Shown here: piece by piece, positions 12,672 to 25,754 of the stretch
How positions within the stretch are numbered: position 1 is the stretch's first letter
How the letters are laid out: the number at the start of each line of letters is the position of its first letter
Source of the DNA: Squalus acanthias
Lineage: Eukaryota
DNA: 64,000 nucleotides
Direction: 5' to 3'
Assembly (NCBI GenBank): GCA_030390025.1
Contig: CM059425.1
Coordinates: 176,392,001-176,456,000, forward strand
Translations under genes and position numbers: made by a program
The notes under the pieces: generated by a model
Told to the model about the DNA's origin: nothing
What the model saw: the letters and a program-made list of their open reading frames with translations, nothing else
The model's database searches: none

Positions 12672-14035
12672 CCTCAGTAGCAGGAAAGATTTTAGAAACG
12701 ATAAGCAGGGACAAAATTAACAATCACTTGGACAAGTGTGGATTAATTAAGGAAAGCCAGCACGAATTTGTTAAAGGCAAATCGTGTTTAACTAACTTGA
12801 TCGAGTTTTTTGATGAGGTAACAGAGAGGGTTGATGAGGGCAATGCGGTTGACGTGGTGTACATGGACTTTCAAAAGGCGTTTGATAAAGTGCCACATAA
12901 TAGGTTTGCCAGCAAAGTTGAAGCCCATGGAATAAAAGGGACAGTGGCAGCATGGATACAAAATTGGCTAAGTGGGAGGAAACAGAGAGTAGCGGTGAAC
13001 GGTTGTTTTTCGGAGTGGAGGAAGGTATGCAGTGGTGTTCCCCAGGGGTACTAGGACCACTTCTTTTCTTGATATATATTAATGACTTGGACTTGGGTGT
13101 GCGGGGCACAATTTCAAAATTTGCAGATGACACAAAACTTGAAAGTATAGTAAACAGTGAGGAGGATAGTGATAGACTTCAAGAAGACATAGACAGGCTG
13201 GTGAAATGGGCGGACACGTGGCAGATTAAATTTAACACTGAAAAGTTCGAAGTGATACATTTTGGTAGGAAGAACGAGGAGAGGCAATATAAACTGAAGG
13301 GTACAATCCTAAAGGTGGGGGCATGAACAGAGAGATCTGGGGGTATATGTGCACAAATCGTTGAAGACGGCAGGGCAGGTTGAGAAAGCAGTTAAAAATG
13401 CATACGGGATCTTGGACTTTATAAATAGAGGCATAGAGTACAAAAGAAGGAAGTTATGATGAACCTTTATAAAACACTGGTTCAACCTCAACTGGAGTAT
13501 TGTGTCCAATTCTGGGCACCACACTTTAGGAAGGATGTGAAAGCCTTAGAGAGGGTGCAGAAAAGATTTACGAGAATGATTCCAGGGATGAGGGACTTCA
13601 GTTAGGTGGATAGACTAGAGAAGCTGAGGTTGTTCTCCTTAGAGCAGAGAAGGTTGAGAGGAGATTTGATGGAGGTGTTCAAAATCATGAGGGGTCTAGA
13701 CAGAGTAGATAGAGAGAAACTGTTTCCATTGGCGGAAGGCTCGAGAACCAGAGCACACAGATTTAAGGTGATTGGCAAAAGAACCAAAGGCGACATGAGG
13801 AAAAACATTTTTACACAGCGAGTGGTTAGGATCTGGAAAGCACTGCTGAAAGGGTGGTGGAGGCAGACTCAATTTGTGGCTTTCAAAAGGGAATTGGATA
13901 AGTACCTGAAGGAAAAAAATTTGCAGGGCTACGGGGAAAGGGCGGGGGAGTGGGACTAGCTGAAGTGCTTGTGCAGAGAGCCGAACGGCCTCCTTCTGTG
14001 CTGTAACCATTCTATGATTCTATGATCCTATGATT
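12672..14035 (+). mobile_element. 5'-truncated CR1 with intact 3' tail
   Basis: RT motifs, LFSLEQRRLRGDL, (attctatg)n tail. Confidence 0.92.
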
Positions 14036-14069
14036 CAATGTCCATTTGAGCTTTTGGAAGTTGCATTAA

Positions 14070-15585
14070 GATAACTAACATAGGATTATGTGTGAGGTAT
14101 TGACAGTCATTATAAGGAAGTCGTTGAATACTGAGGATGTACTAGTAGATTGGAAACATGATGCCCACTTTCAAACAGGGTGACAATGAGATGCAGGCAA
14201 CTACCACCGATCAGTATTACTTCAGTACGGTGTAAAATAATGGATTTGATTATCAGGAGTAAACTTGAGAATTATCGGTACAATATTAACTTATGAAAAT
14301 ATATTGAGAAGGGAACGAACCTGCCTCACCACCCTCCTTGATTAATTTGAGGAAGTGACATCCCAAGTGGGCTGCAAAAATGCATTTGACAAAGTTCCAC
14401 ATGAAAGACGACTCAGCTCAAAGTTGTAGAGATTTAGGGTAAATCTTGGGAATGGGTAAGAAATTGGCTGACTTGCAGAAAACAAATGTTTATTAAAGGA
14501 GACTATTGAGGTCAGGAAAAATGGCGACTGGTGTCCCCAGCGATCATTGTTGGGATCACTATGTTTCTAATTTGCATAAGTAACTTAGCCCCGATTTTAA
14601 TCCAGTGCAGGCAGGTAGTTAAAATGGTGGTAGGGGGTGCGGGGGTTAACGCTGCTTTGCTGACATGTTCCCGCCCCACATGATTTTAACTGCCGCGATT
14701 CTGGCAGCACGGAGGCCACCCAACCCCAGGCAGGCGGGGGCTTAAGTAAAATAGGAAACTCGCAGGCCAATGACATCTTTGGCTCCACAACGCGATTTTA
14801 ACTACCATGATTGGGAGCCCCGCATGGCACTCAACTTGCCAGCAAAATTTGGCGGCAATCTGCATTGGGCCAAAAGAGGTCCAGGTAAGTTTTTTTTGCA
14901 GTTTATTAATATTCCTTGTGGTCCAGGCCAGGGATAGTTGCCTTGGGTCCCTGGCGGTGGTAACCTCCTGCAGATCTCCCGCTCCAGCCCATGCCAAGGA
15001 GTCCGTGGGGGTTTCCCTCCCACCCCAAGTTAAAATCAGTGCCTTAGATTCAGAAACTCAAAACAAATTGGTCAGCTTTGCAGGGACAGTTGATTCTGAG
15101 AAGGCAGCTCAGGAACAACAAAACAATTTGGAGGAAATAATTAAGTTAGCGTGAAAATGGCAGATTAAATTTGATACAGGTAAGTGTATTACGTCCATTT
15201 CTGGTCACTGAGTCGCAAAGGAGGCATTCAAGCATGGGAGGCACATCAGAGAAAAGGCCAGAGGCTAGTCCTTAGTATCAGAGGATCGAGCTTGAGGAAA
15301 GGCGAGAGCAACTTAGGCTTTTTAGCTTAAGGGAGCAACTGTGAGGTTAACTTATAGAGGTATAAAAGATAGCTAAAGATATGGAAAATGTAGATCCAGA
15401 AAATTACTTCAAACTAAGTTGTGAGAGTAATCGAGGTGACACTACTTCAATCTAGCAAAAGGCAAACTATGGGCTGATGTCAGGAAGTTCTTCCTCACAC
15501 AGAGAGTGGTCAACACTTGGAATGGAATTTTGGGTAGAGCAGTAGAGGCAAAGGTCCTGGAATTATTGAAGAAACATTTGGATGC
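14070..15585 (+). mobile_element. Old degenerate CR1 ORF2, interrupted by a MITE
   Basis: Remnants of AFDKVPH, GVPQ..LG, FFTQRVV. Confidence 0.7.
14588..15043. mobile_element. Harbinger-type MITE
   Basis: gccccgattttaa / ttaaaatcagtgcc termini; TTA on both flanks; CR1 sequence resumes after it. Confidence 0.7.
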
Positions 15586-16222
15586 TCGCCCTCCAGGATC
15601 TACAGCGGAGGGAGCGCAGGCAGCGAGAAAGACTGGAACATGTGTCCAGAGGGAGGAGGAGGGTCATGAGGACTCTCAACAGCAGGCCTTACCCTCCGAG
15701 GGTATTCCGACAGCACTTCTCCTACCTCCAATTAAGCGAGGAGCAGAGTATTAGAAGGCTCCGCTTCAGCATTGAGGTGGTCACAGAACTCTGCCACCTC
15801 CTGCAACCAGACCTCGAGCCTCAGGTGACCACAGGTCTCTCAGTGGCAGTCAAGGTCACCGTCGCTCTCAATTTCTTCGCCAGCGGATACTTCCAGTCTG
15901 CAACAGGAGACAAAGCTAACATCTTGCAGTTCGCCGTCCATCGCTGCATCCAGGAGGTCACAGAGGCTCTCTATAGTAGGAGAAGGGACTATATTTCCTT
16001 CCCCATCACCAGAGAGAAGCAGGATGAACGTGCATGTGGCTTTGCCAGGATAGCGGGCTTCCCCATGGTGCAGGGCGCCATTGACTACACCCACGTGGCT
16101 TTGTGGGCACAGCATAACAATCCTGAAGTCTTCCATAACTGCAAAGGCTACCACTCACTTAATGTGCAGTTGGTGTGCGACCACAGACAGCGAATCCTCA
16201 ATGTGAATGTCCACTATTCTTC
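15586..16222 (+). pseudogene. PIF/Harbinger DDE transposase fragment without TIRs
   Basis: ORF 15582-16346: [48 protein letters not shown]. Confidence 0.9.
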
Positions 16223-17058
16223 CTGTGGAGATGCCGGCGTTGGACTGGGGTGGACAAAAATGAGAAGTCGCACAACACCTGGTTATAGTCCAACAGATTT
16301 ATTTAATTTTACAAGCTTTCGGAGCTGTCGCTCCTTCTTCAGGTAGGGTAGCTGTGAGAGAATCTCCCAGAATTCACAATATAAACACAGAAAAAATGTA
16401 TTCAAATCTTTCCCTACATCAAAGACACACTAAGAGCACAGCCAAGACAATGAGATGTGTCCCAGGGGGTCCAACGTGTCAAAACACCTGCTGGCTGCAT
16501 ATCCTCTCCATTTGTGTTGGTTCTTGTGTTAGTTTTTTTTTTAAACCTGGAAAGACCGGCCATGATGTCAAGTCACGTTCTGTATCGTGACATGAACCCG
16601 ATATCGCGATTGAGGCCATCCTCATGAGTGCGGAACTTAGCTATCAGTTTCTGCTCTATGATTTTGCGCTGTCGTGTATCCCGAAGGCCGCCTTGGAGAA
16701 CGCTTACCCGCAGATCCGAGGCTGAATGCCCCTGACTGCTGAAGTGTTCCCCGACTGGGAGGCAACCCTCCTGCCTGGCGATTGTTGCGCGGTGTCCGTT
16801 CATATGTTGTCTCAGTGTCTGCATGGTCTCGCCGATGTACCATGCTCTGGGGCATCCTTTACTGCAACGTATCAGGTAGACAACGTTGGCCGAGTCACAT
16901 GAGTATGTACCATGTACCTGGTGGGTAGTGTCCTCACGTGTGATGATGGTATCTGTGTCCATGATCTGGCATGTCTTGCAGAGGTTGCCGTGGCAGGGTT
17001 GTGTGGTGTCGTGGTTGCTGTTCTCCTGAAAGATGGGTAATCTGCTGCGAACGATGGT
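16223..17058 (-). mobile_element. 5'-truncated Penelope-like element (Neptune-like): GIY-YIG endonuclease and pLTR with hammerhead motif
   Basis: ORF 16573-16962 (NVVYLIRC..WYIGET..LRQHMNGH..EQKLI..GLN) preceded by a Cys motif (PCHGNLCKTC); 3' region matches the inserts at 54-55.8 kb. Confidence 0.9.
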
Positions 17059-18384
17059 ACTAACCTCATGGATACTGTAATGTCAATTTGATATCTGCGT
17101 TTATTTACAATGGCAAACAGTATTTGGAGTTTAATCCACTCTCAGTGGAACATTGAAAAAGCTGTTTAGAATACAAAAAAGGGCCAAATCCAAAGCAGAG
17201 TCATTGCATCCAGGTCAGCAGCATACAGAAAATAAAATGGCACATTGCTGTGGGCCCTGCTTAGCAGCTGTATTAAGTAACTATTTATTTAGAATTTTTT
17301 GTTTGATAGCTTCAGATGTTAGGATTCCCAACAGGCAACAAAGTTAAGGAGCTATCAGTTATTAATATTATTTCTGTGAGGACTAACAAGTTGATGTGAG
17401 ATTACAGTAGGACAATATGTTCTGAAGTAAATGAATATGCCAGGATATATTTCTGCATCATAATGTATACGATTGAAACAACACTCTATTCTTAGAATAG
17501 ACAAAAACAGTGCATTTTATGTGACTACAAAATTCCTTTCTAGCGTTTATTACATTATATAGGGTTCCCTAAAGAAATTAAAACTAAGTAAAAACTGCCA
17601 GGTCATTTTATGTTTTCAATTTGCTTTGTTTTGGGTTAAAGATCTAAAAGGAATGTCTGCCTATTGTACAGAATGTTTTCAGTTAAACCAGCAGACTCAA
17701 ATTTCCCATGCACCAAGAGCCACTCCATCAGTTAATATGGCTCCTCCAGAGGGCATGAAATTTGAATCCGCTGATCTTAATGTGTGCATGTGCACTGCTG
17801 TTGATAACTCCCTGAAATGAGTCTCATGGCATTAACTGGCTATCTAGTCTATTGGTAAGTGAGATTTCTTTATTTGTAGACTTGTGTATTTTGCTTAGGT
17901 TACTTCCGATTGTTTGGTGCTAACTGGCTGTGTATAAATTAATTCCAAATCATTTGGGAGGACAGATGGAAAGGTGCATGTGTCCTTTGAAACTCGGGTC
18001 TACAATGCACTCCAGTCCTGCTTCCTCAATGGTACACTCAAGTAGATGTTTGCTTAATTAAAATCAATACAAAACAAAAACTGCTGGAAGTACACGGCAG
18101 GTTAGTCAGCATCTATAGAGGCAGGTTAATGTTTTGGGTATAACCCTTAGAATGATATAACCAACAAATTAACCTATTTTTTATTTACGGAGGCTGACTG
18201 TGTTGCTGTATATTTCGGCTTTTTCTGTTTCAGATTTCTAGCATTTGCAGTTTTCTTTATTTTTCTTCCAAAAATAAATACAGTATCACTTATTCTCTAT
18301 TCAAGTCCCTTATTCAAGTTAGACACCATCCAACCATTTTTAATCCAAGATGCATAGTTAGTATTTGTAAATACTAAATTCTAT

Positions 18385-18890
18385 CAACAATTTTCATTTA
18401 TATAGCGCCTTTAACGTAATAAAATGTCCCAAGGCACTTCACAAGAGTGTTCTCAAACAAAATTTAACACCGAGCCACATCAGGAGATATTAGGACAGGT
18501 GACCAAAAGTTTGGTCAAAGAGGTAGGTTTTAATGAACGTCTTAAAGGAGGAGAGGCGGCGAGTTTTAGGGAGAGAATTTCAGAGTTTGGGGCCTAGGCA
18601 GCTGAAGGCACGGCCGTTAATGTTGGAGTGATTAAAATCAGGGATGCGCAAGAGGCCAGAATTGGAGGAATGCAGCGATCTCGGTGTGTTGTAGGGCTGG
18701 AGGAGGTTACAGAGATAGGGAGGGGTGCGACCACATAAGGAGATATTAGGACAGATGACAAAAAGCTTGGTCAAAGAGGTAGGTTTTAAGGAGCGTCTTA
18801 AAGGAGGAGAGAGTGGTCGAGAGGCAGAGAGGTGTAGGGAGGGAATTTCAGAGTTGAAGGCACGTCCATCAATAGTGGAGCGATGAAAAC
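18385..18890 (-). mobile_element. L2 3' end with internal duplication
   Basis: L2 tail; ccacat..ggagatattaggacag..aaaggaggagag occurs at about 18475 and 18731. Confidence 0.8.
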
Positions 18891-19289
18891 AGTCTCTAGC
18901 TGTGGGGATTTCTCAGTAGCTTGATTTGAAACATGATGGTGGGTTTCCACATGTTTGACCAAAAAATGGACCTTTGACGGCGAAACACAGAACAATATTG
19001 AATTTATTTCTTAAAGTATATTCTGTTACGTCTAATTTATTTTTGCATAATTGTACAATGGAATATAAGAACACTTTAGAAAAAGGAAATCATATTTATT
19101 AGTCATACCATATAACAATGAAAAAGAACCACTTGGCTGTGACTTTTTTTCTGTAGTAAAACCACAGTGGTTTAAATATTTTATAAAATGCAAAACATTT
19201 TATGATGACTAATGTGAGTACCAATTTCTCAAAATTTTTGTGCTCATCAAGGTAAGGGATATTAGCATTGGGAGAATAGCACTATTCCC

Positions 19290-19625
19290 ATTTCAGGCAC
19301 CCAATATCAGCATCAGGTCAGGGGTAGCACAGCCAAATACAGTTTAAAGCTCCCACTACTCTGTCCCAACATTATGCTTCAGAGGTATTTTTCCTATTTC
19401 CTTCACCAACCATCCTTAGGATCCTGTCTGCGTTTGCCAGTTAGAGCAAATTAGGGATGGTGTTTGTGCTGTAGGCCCATGCGCACTAAGAATTGAATTA
19501 AGATTGTTCAAATTCATTTCACTTAGGATGGCAGACTAAAAGGGCCTACATCTCATCAGTCTGAGCTGGAGTTGAGCCCAAATCCCAGAGATAAAAGGCA
19601 AGTGTCTAACCCACTGCCCCACCTT
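19290..19625 (-). mobile_element. tRNA-derived SINE, LF-SINE-like
   Basis: Minus strand has a tRNA-like head, then cctaagtgaaatga..ttcttagtg..cacaaacaccatc..aatttgctctaactggca, resembling the LF-SINE core as I recall it. Confidence 0.55.
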
Positions 19626-19964
19626 AGCACAGTTTCCATTTCTTAAATCATTATATGGAGGAAACAAATTTATTTTTAAATAGTATATTTGAAGTTCAAA
19701 TGTAGAAACACCAATGTATTTGCATATTATTTTAAAGCATTTACTGTTGTTCTTAATAGTTTTCCAATAATAAACACTAACATAAATCTGCTGCATGAGA
19801 CATTATTTAATCTGAGATATGACTTTGCCATACAGGTTCAAGTTTGCTGTTTGCTGCTTTATAGAAAAGTCCCAGTTTTATTTTGCATGAATGAAGTCCA
19901 AAATATCGTCCACATAAATGCCCACTCTCTCATGCAGCTAGTTTTCTCTTACCTAGCAGGTATC

Positions 19965-22900
19965 CTTTTCTTTATTCATTCCTGGATATGGGCATCGCTG
20001 GCAAGGCCAGTATTTATTGCCTATCCCTAATTGCCCTTGAGAAGGTGGTGGTGAGTCGCCTTCTTGAACCGCTGCAGTCCGTGTGGTGAGGGTACTCCCA
20101 CAGTGCTGTTAGGCAGGAAGTTCCAGGATTTTGATATAGCGACGATGAAGGAACGGCGATATATTTCCAAGTCAGGATGGTGTGCGACTTGGAGGGGAAC
20201 TTTGAGGTGATGGTGTTCCCATGCGCCTGCTGCCCTTGTCCTTCTAGGTGGTAGAGGTCATGGGTTTGGGAGGTGCTGTTGAAGAAGCCTTGGCGAGTTG
20301 GTTCAGTGTTTCATCTTGTAGATAGTGCACACTGCAGCCACGGTGTGCCGGTGGTGGAGGGAGTGAATGTTTAAGGTGGTGGATGGGGTTCCAATCAAGT
20401 GGGCTGTTTTGTCTTGGATGGTGTCGAGCTTCTTGAGTGTTGTTAGAGCTGAACTCATCCAAGCAAGTGGAGAGTATTCCAACACACTTGTGACTTGTGC
20501 CTTGTAGATGGTGGAAAGGCTTTGAGGAGTCAGGAGGTGAGACACTCGCCGCAGAATACCCAGCCTCTGACCTGCTCTTGTAGCCACAGTATTTATGTGG
20601 CTGGTCCAGTTAAGTTTCTGGTCAATGGTGACCCCCAGAATGTTGATGGTGGGGGATTCGTCGATGGTAATGCCATTGAATGTCAAAGGGCGCTGGTTAG
20701 ATGCTCTCTTGTTGGAGATACACATTGCCTGGTACTTGTGTGGCGCGAATGTTACTTGCCACTTATCAGCCCAAGCCTGAATGTCGTCCAGGTCTTGCTG
20801 CATGCGGGCATGGACTGCTTCATTATCTGAGGAGTTGTGAATGGCACTGAACACTGTGCAATCATCAGCGAACTTCCCCACTTCTGACCTTATGAAGGAG
20901 GGAAGGTCATTAATGAAGCAGCTAAAGATGGTTGTGTCTAGGACACTGCCCTGAGGAACTCCTGCAGCGATGTCCTGGTGCTGAGATGATTGAACTCCAA
21001 CAACCACAACCATCTTCCTTTGTGTTCGGTATGACTCCAGCCAGTGGAGAGTTTTCCCCCGATTCCCACTGACTTCAGTTTGACTCGGGGTCCTTGATGC
21101 CACACTCGGTCAAATGCTGCCTTGATGTCAAGGGCAGTCGTTCTCACCTCACCTCTAGAATTCAGCTCTTTTGTCCATGTTTGGACCAAGGCTGTAATGA
21201 GGTCTGGAGCCGAGTGGTCCTGGCGGAACCGAAACTGAGCATCGGTGAACAGATTATTGGTGAGTAAGTGCAGCTTAATAGCACTGTCGGCGACACCTTT
21301 CATTACTTTGCTGATGTTTGAGAGTAGACTGATGGGACGGTAATTGACAGGATGGGATTTATCCTGCTTTTTGTGGATAGGACATACCTGGGCACTTTTC
21401 CACATTGTCGGATAGATGCCAGTGTTGTAGCTATACTGGAATAGCTTGGCTAGAGGCACGGTTAGTTCTGGAGCACAAGTCTTCAGCACGACAGCCGGCA
21501 TGTTGTCGGGGCCCATAGCCTTTGCTGTATCCAGTGCGCTCAGCCGTTTCTTGATTTCACATGGAGTGAAACGAATTGGCTGAAGACTGGCTTCTATGAT
21601 GTGGGGACCTCAGCAGGATGGATCATCCACTCAGCACTTCTGGCTGAAGATGGTTGCAAACGCTTCAGCCTTGTTTTTTGCACTCATGTGCTGGGCTCCA
21701 CCATTATTGAGGATGGGGATATTCATGGAGCCTCCTCCTCCCGTTAGTTGTTTAATGGTCCACCACCATTCACGACTGGATTTGATAGGACTGCAGAGCT
21801 TTGATCTGATCCGCTGGTTGTGGGATCGCTTAGCTCTGTCTATAGCATGCTGCTTCCGTTGTTTAGCATGCATGTAGTCCTGTGTTGCAGTGTTGGCACC
21901 TCATTTTTAGATACGCCTGGTGCTGCTCCTGGCATGCTCTTCTGCTCCTCATTGAACCAGCGTTGGTCCCCTGGCTTGATGTTAATGGTAGAGTGAGGGA
22001 TATGCCGGGCCATGAGGTTATAGATTGTGGTGGAATACAATTCTGCTGCTGCTGATGGCCCACAGTGCCTCATGGATGCCCAGTTTTGAGCTGCTAGATC
22101 TGTTTTGAATTTATCCCATTTAGCACGGTGGTAGTGCCACACAACGCAACGGAGGGTGTCCTCAGTGTGAAGGCGGGACTTCATCTCCACGATGACTGTG
22201 CGGTGGTCACTGCTACCAATACTGTCATGAAGAGGTGCAACTGCGACAGGTACATAAGAACATAAGAAATAGGAGCAGCAGCAGGCCATTCAGCCTCTCG
22301 AGCCTGCTCCGCCATTCAATAAGATCATGGCTGATCTGATCTTGGCCTCAACTCCACTTTCCTGCCTGTTCCCCATATCCCTTGACTCCCCTGTAGCTCA
22401 AACATCTGTCTATCTCAGCCTTGAATATATTCACTGACTCAGCCTCCACAGCTCTCTGGAGTAGAGAATTCCAAAGATTCACGACCCTCTAAGAGAAGAA
22501 ATTCCTCCTCATCTCCGTCTTAAATGTGCGACCCCTTATCCTGAAACTATGCCCCCTAGTTCTAGATTCCCCCACGAGGGGAAACATCCTCTCAGCATCT
22601 ACACTGTCAAGCCCCCTCAGAATCTTATATGTTTCAATAAGATCATTTTTCATTCTTCTAAACTCCAATGAGTATAGGCCCAACCTGCTCAACCTTTCCT
22701 CATAAGACAATGCTTTCATCTCAGGAATCAACCTAGTGAACCTTTGCTGAACACCCTCCAATGCAAGTATATCCCTCCTTAAATAAGGAGACCAAAACTG
22801 TACGCAGTACTCCAGGTGTGGTCTCACCAACGCCCTGTGCAGTTGTAGCAAGACTTCCCTACTTTTATACTCCATCCCCCTTGCAATAAAGGCCAATATT

Positions 22901-23070
22901 CCATTTGCCTTCCTAATTACTTGCTGTACCTGCATGCTAACTTTTTGTGTTTCATGTACGAGGTAGATTGGTGAGGACGAGGTCAAGCCGGTTTTTCCCT
23001 CGTGTTGGTTCTCTCAACACCTGCTACAGGACCAGTCTGGCAGCTGTGTCCTTCAGGACTCGGCCTGCTG
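19965..23070 (-). mobile_element. CR1-group LINE (second family), end of endonuclease plus RT, split by a CR1
   Basis: ORFs 20303-21103, 20938-21516, 21840-22289 (GSSDH motif); same 3' tail as 2690-2768. Confidence 0.9.
22253..22960 (-). mobile_element. CR1 3' fragment nested in the LINE
   Basis: ORF 22489-22986 (VRPHLEYCVQFWSP); tail acataagaacataagaa; AGGTA direct repeat on both flanks. Confidence 0.9.
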
Positions 23071-23115
23071 CTTTACCCTTGAGTTGAATTGTAAATTAAA
23101 ATAAAACAAAACCAT

Positions 23116-23557
23116 GGGTAACACGGTGGCATAGTGGTTAGCACTGGTGCCTCACAGCGCCAGAGACCCGGGTTCGAATCTGGCCTCGGGTGACTGTCTG
23201 TGTGGAGTTTGCACATTCTCCCCGTGTCTGCGTGGGTTTCCTTCGGGTGCTCCGGTTTCCTCCCACAGTCCAAAAATGTGCGGGTTAGGTTGATTTGGCT
23301 ATGATAAATTGACCCTTAGTGTTACGGGAGGATTAAATATGTGGGGTTACAGGGATAGGATGGGATATGTTAGGGGGAATTAAATACATGGGGTTACGGG
23401 AATAGGGTGGGATATGTGTCGGTGCAGGCTCGATGGGGATTCTGTGTGAGAAAGCAGGGACGGGGTACTGGATTTGGATGATCAGCCATGATCGTATTGA
23501 ATGGTGGAGCAGGCTCGACGGGCCGAATGGCCTACTCCTGCTCCTAGTTTCTATGTT
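23116..23557 (+). mobile_element. V-SINE (HE1-like) with CR1-derived tail
   Basis: tRNA head (tggcatagtgg, ggttcgaatc), V-domain (tgtggagtttgcacattctccccgtgtctgcgtgggtttcc), tail shared with CR1 at 59345-59425. Confidence 0.9.
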
Positions 23558-24038
23558 TAAAAGATTTTAAAGAAAAAATTGTGTATGCACCCATCATTGC
23601 AAATTTTTGCTTTTTATATGTTTCGTTTAGATTTTAAAATTGGCTAACTGTTAGCAAAAGTGGCAGAGCAAATAGGTGAAGAAGAAACAATTTGTTTGGA
23701 AAGCTGATCTCCTGACAGGAACAGAAAGAGCATGGCTAGCTTTTTAGTTGTTATTATTATTTATTATCTGCAATGGTGATTCAGCAAGTGTCGACCTGCC
23801 AATTTATTTTGGCAGGACACTGCGTGATTCTGAATCAGCCGTGGGTCAATCCATCTCCAGGTTGATCTTGTTTACCCAGATGCAAGTTCAGAAATTGTCA
23901 GTTTGTATTATTTTTGGTGGCAAATGGGAGTCAAATTCACCAGTTTTTATCTTTTGGAAGGGAGGGAAGTACAAATAGTCAATATAAATTGAGTGTAAGT
24001 TGAACTTTCTTAGCTGTTTGCATGCCTTTGGACACCAG

Positions 24039-25613
24039 GGCTGTGAATTTAATAGCGCTCAGGGGGCGGGTTTGGAGGCAGGTCCGCTGTCAAAATAACA
24101 AAGATTGACACTGGGTAGGAAACCCACTGTCAACCTGTCTCCACGTGAGTCTCCCAGGTGTCTGGTCTGTCTGCGCAGAACTGACCCGACACCAAGCGGC
24201 GGGGGATACAATTCAGATTGTTAAATGGCTTGTTGAGAGCCAATTTAAGACTATTTTGAGGCTTACTTCTAATTTTACGTTCTCCCCCACGGGTTACCCG
24301 CTGTTCGGGGAACTCTTTAGCTCAACCTGCCGTGTTTTGAGTCTGCTCTGATGTTTGTGAAAAGCTGACAGCTGCAGAAGTGGTGTCAAGGATGCCATGT
24401 TGCAGATGGTGAGTTTCAGAGCGCAGGAAATGTTGGTTACTGCATTTTTAATACATATAGAGATTTCTTTAGCTTACAAGTTTTTAGATCCAACTATATG
24501 TCCAGTGCCACCTCATTGGGAGAACCTCTCTTACCATTGACAGATCGCTTCTGTCATCTCACCTGCAGTTACCATCAATTGTAGCAACATCGGAAACAAT
24601 CAGACCTTGGTCCTCCGAATCCTTCCACGATCAGCCCCAACACCAACACCACCAGGCACACCAACATCACCAACAACAACACCAACCTTCTCCGCCATCA
24701 CCTGATGCTGCACTGGACACAGGGCATCAGCCCCTGACAACATTGCTGCCCGGGAGGCCAGTGATGGCGTCACCATGGCCAAATTTTCTTCACTTGATGC
24801 TGTAAACCCTGGCTGCCACATGATGCACCAGGTTGACACCATCACACACCAGCACCGTGAAGCATCCCTTTAATATCCAAGCCATTCCATACACACTCAT
24901 CACTATGGGGGGGGTGGGGGGGGAGTTATGACTGAACAATAACTGGAACTCACTAAGACACTTCTCAAGGTGTGCACAGATCTGTCCAATAAGGGGCACT
25001 TTTGGAAAAAGAGATTTCACTGTATGACAACACGTTACCAGAAACTTCACATGGACATTGGCTAAACCTCTCAAGTGCCTACCCTTGTATGTTGTTAGTT
25101 GGTATGCTTGCAGTAGGATGAGGGTGAGTGTGAGGGGTGGCGAGTGAAATGGGGAAGTGATAAAGTAGATAGAAAGGGTTGGGTGGAGGTGCAAGGTAAG
25201 TTGGTGTCCTGGGGAGGTTCTTCCGCCTTTGGAAGGGAAGAGAACCTCCCTGCGTGCTGTGACTCCCTCCATAAGCATATGGAGGGAGTCATTTGAGAGC
25301 CTGGGTGCAAGCGTTCACCTTTGTGCAGTGATTGTCAGTGTTTGCAGCCCCTCAATGCTGTCAAACACTGACCGAACAACTGTCAAACTCAATGTGGCCA
25401 TGGTCCCTTTAAGGAAACCGGCTGATGACGCTTCATCAAATGACGTCATCAGACCCGCTTCCTGTTAATTAGCTGGGAAGCCCGCAGGGCAGGCTTAACA
25501 AGGCCAATCAAGGGAAAATCACGTCTACAGAGCAGCTGCAGCTGGGAGCGGGATCAGAACTCGGAAACCAGCTCTCCCGCCACCATCCCGCCTCCTCCAT
25601 TAAATTCGTGGCC
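24039..25613. mobile_element. Internally deleted Harbinger element
   Basis: TIR ggctgtgaatttaat / attaaattcgtggcc; TSD CAG; Myb-like exon 1 remnant on minus (LMEGVTARREVLFP). Confidence 0.8.
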
Positions 25614-25754
25614 CAGATATTCCAGTGGTTAGTGATGGTTAGCTCTGTACCAAAAACATGGGCAGTTCAGAGTGTAAAACATTTTTTATTTTTATCCATA
25701 TATGTAATAAGCCCATTTTTAATCACACACCCTCACTTACACAATCAATACAAT

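Larger units (their letters stand above)
8876..13435 (+). repeat. 2280-bp tandem duplication (MITE + L2 3' end + CR1 fragment)
   Basis: 8876-11155 repeats at 11156-13435; the ORF track repeats with an offset of 2280. Confidence 0.97.

Noticed and set aside
15582..16346. Host HARBI1 gene
   Set aside because: Multiple disrupted paralogs, one clearly TIR-bounded; this ORF's C-terminus is PLE sequence.
17680..17860. Possible cassette exon ending in gtaagt
   Set aside because: No clear reading frame or homology; cannot be supported without RNA data.
23116..23190. tRNA gene (also near 7150-7224 and 40702-40790)
   Set aside because: These are SINE heads continuing into SINE bodies.
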